Shown here: piece by piece, positions 63,260 through 64,000 of the stretch
Numbering within the stretch: the first letter of the stretch is position 1
Layout: every line of letters starts with the position of its first letter
Assembly: GCF_000315625.1 (NCBI RefSeq)
Contig: NW_005434662.1
Span: forward strand, 87,132-151,131
DNA from: Guillardia theta CCMP2712
Taxonomy: Eukaryota > Protista > Cryptophyta
Direction: 5' to 3'
Length of the DNA stretch: 64,000 nt
Notes under the pieces: model-generated
Told to the model about the DNA's origin: nothing
The model's input: only the letters and a program-made list of their open reading frames with translations
Database searches by the model: none
Program-made: the position numbers and the translations under genes

Positions 63260-63457
63260 TTAACTGGGTTGCGACAATCTTGCCACTAATGTTCTCTCGT
63301 CGAGCGTGTTCGCAAACAAATGAAATTGATTGACTTGTGACGATATTGCCTGTCAGGTCTCCTTAATCCTCTCACCTCTTCACTCCCCTCCTCCTCTTCC
63401 TTCCTTCCCTTTTCCCCCACCCCCCCCCCCCCCCCCCCCCCCCACCCGCCGCCGCCA

Positions 63458-63516
<59 letters not shown>

Positions 63517-63842
63517 TCCTGTTTCTCTTTGGCTCCCTCCCGTCTCCCATGATCCATCGTCGCTCACCTCCAGCCGTGAAACAGCTTGTTTCTTATCCTC
63601 CTCGAAGCTCGTGTGCGTGCACTTACCTGTAGCGCCTCATAATGAAGGGAGAGGAAGGGAGGGGAGAGGAAGGGAGGGGAGAAGGAGCTACCGGTCTCAG
63701 AGAATTTCTTCATGGTGAGGATGACGTAGCCTTGCGGCGCAAGGGCGGGCAGGACTGACTCGAGCATGGCAACAGCCTGCAGCGGCGAGCAATTCATGTC
63801 GCAGACGAACAGATCGATCCGCTCGTCCTGGGCCTTGAGATC
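63260..63842 (-). CDS. RlmM/FtsJ-like RNA 2'-O-methyltransferase, 3' part (5' end beyond the window)
   Basis: IDLFVCDMNCSP..AVAML...GYVILTMK and terminal FHLFANTLDERTLVA resemble the D..VCDM, K and H....E.T motifs of RrmJ/FtsJ-fold RlmM-type MTases. Confidence 0.55.
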
Positions 63843-63873
63843 TGAAAACCATGAGAGTCACGAGTCCCGTGCT

Positions 63874-63948
63874 GGTGGCGGTGGTGGTGGTGGTGGTGGT
63901 GGTTGTTGTTGTTTGTTTGTTTGTTTGTTTGTTTGTTTGTTTGTTTGT

Positions 63949-64000
<52 letters not shown>
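63874..64000. repeat. Compound microsatellite (GGT)n(GTT)n(GTTT)n(GTT)n
   Basis: Directly visible; also poly-C plus (CAG)n at 63414-63514. Confidence 0.95.

Overview
Eukaryotic nuclear DNA, gene-dense, with many very short (~40-90 bp) GT/GC-AG introns and GA/CT low-complexity introns. The overall style suggests a cryptophyte alga such as Guillardia theta (inference, not verified). Genes recognisable after manual splicing: a 3'-truncated multi-TM ORF, a TKL-type kinase, GLTP, a VPxGxxPG-repeat protein, LEO1, a secretory-pathway putative sugar O-methyltransferase, proteasome ATPase RPT2, a highly divergent dynein heavy chain with a degenerate AAA1 site, an intronless type-II NADH dehydrogenase, a secreted 4-EF-hand protein, an HSF, a BIR-domain coiled-coil protein, an intronless Ser/Thr kinase fused to a NEURL4-type ADP-ribosyltransferase domain, a CaaX ankyrin protein and the 3' part of an RlmM/FtsJ-like methyltransferase. 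Non-coding structure: five GC-rich palindrome-word islands, four of which share an AT-rich motif; eight strand-biased GGGT/ACCC tracts, usually arranged in a fixed left-to-right order (GC island > GGGT/ACCC tract > GA/CT tract > + strand gene); a MITE-like element with TIRs; a 21-bp minisatellite with higher-order structure; and a 100-N gap. Top leads are the kinase-ART fusion, the recurrent tripartite intergenic module, the ligand-rearranged BIR protein and the AAA1-degenerate dynein. Boundaries of intron-rich genes are hand-predicted and approximate.
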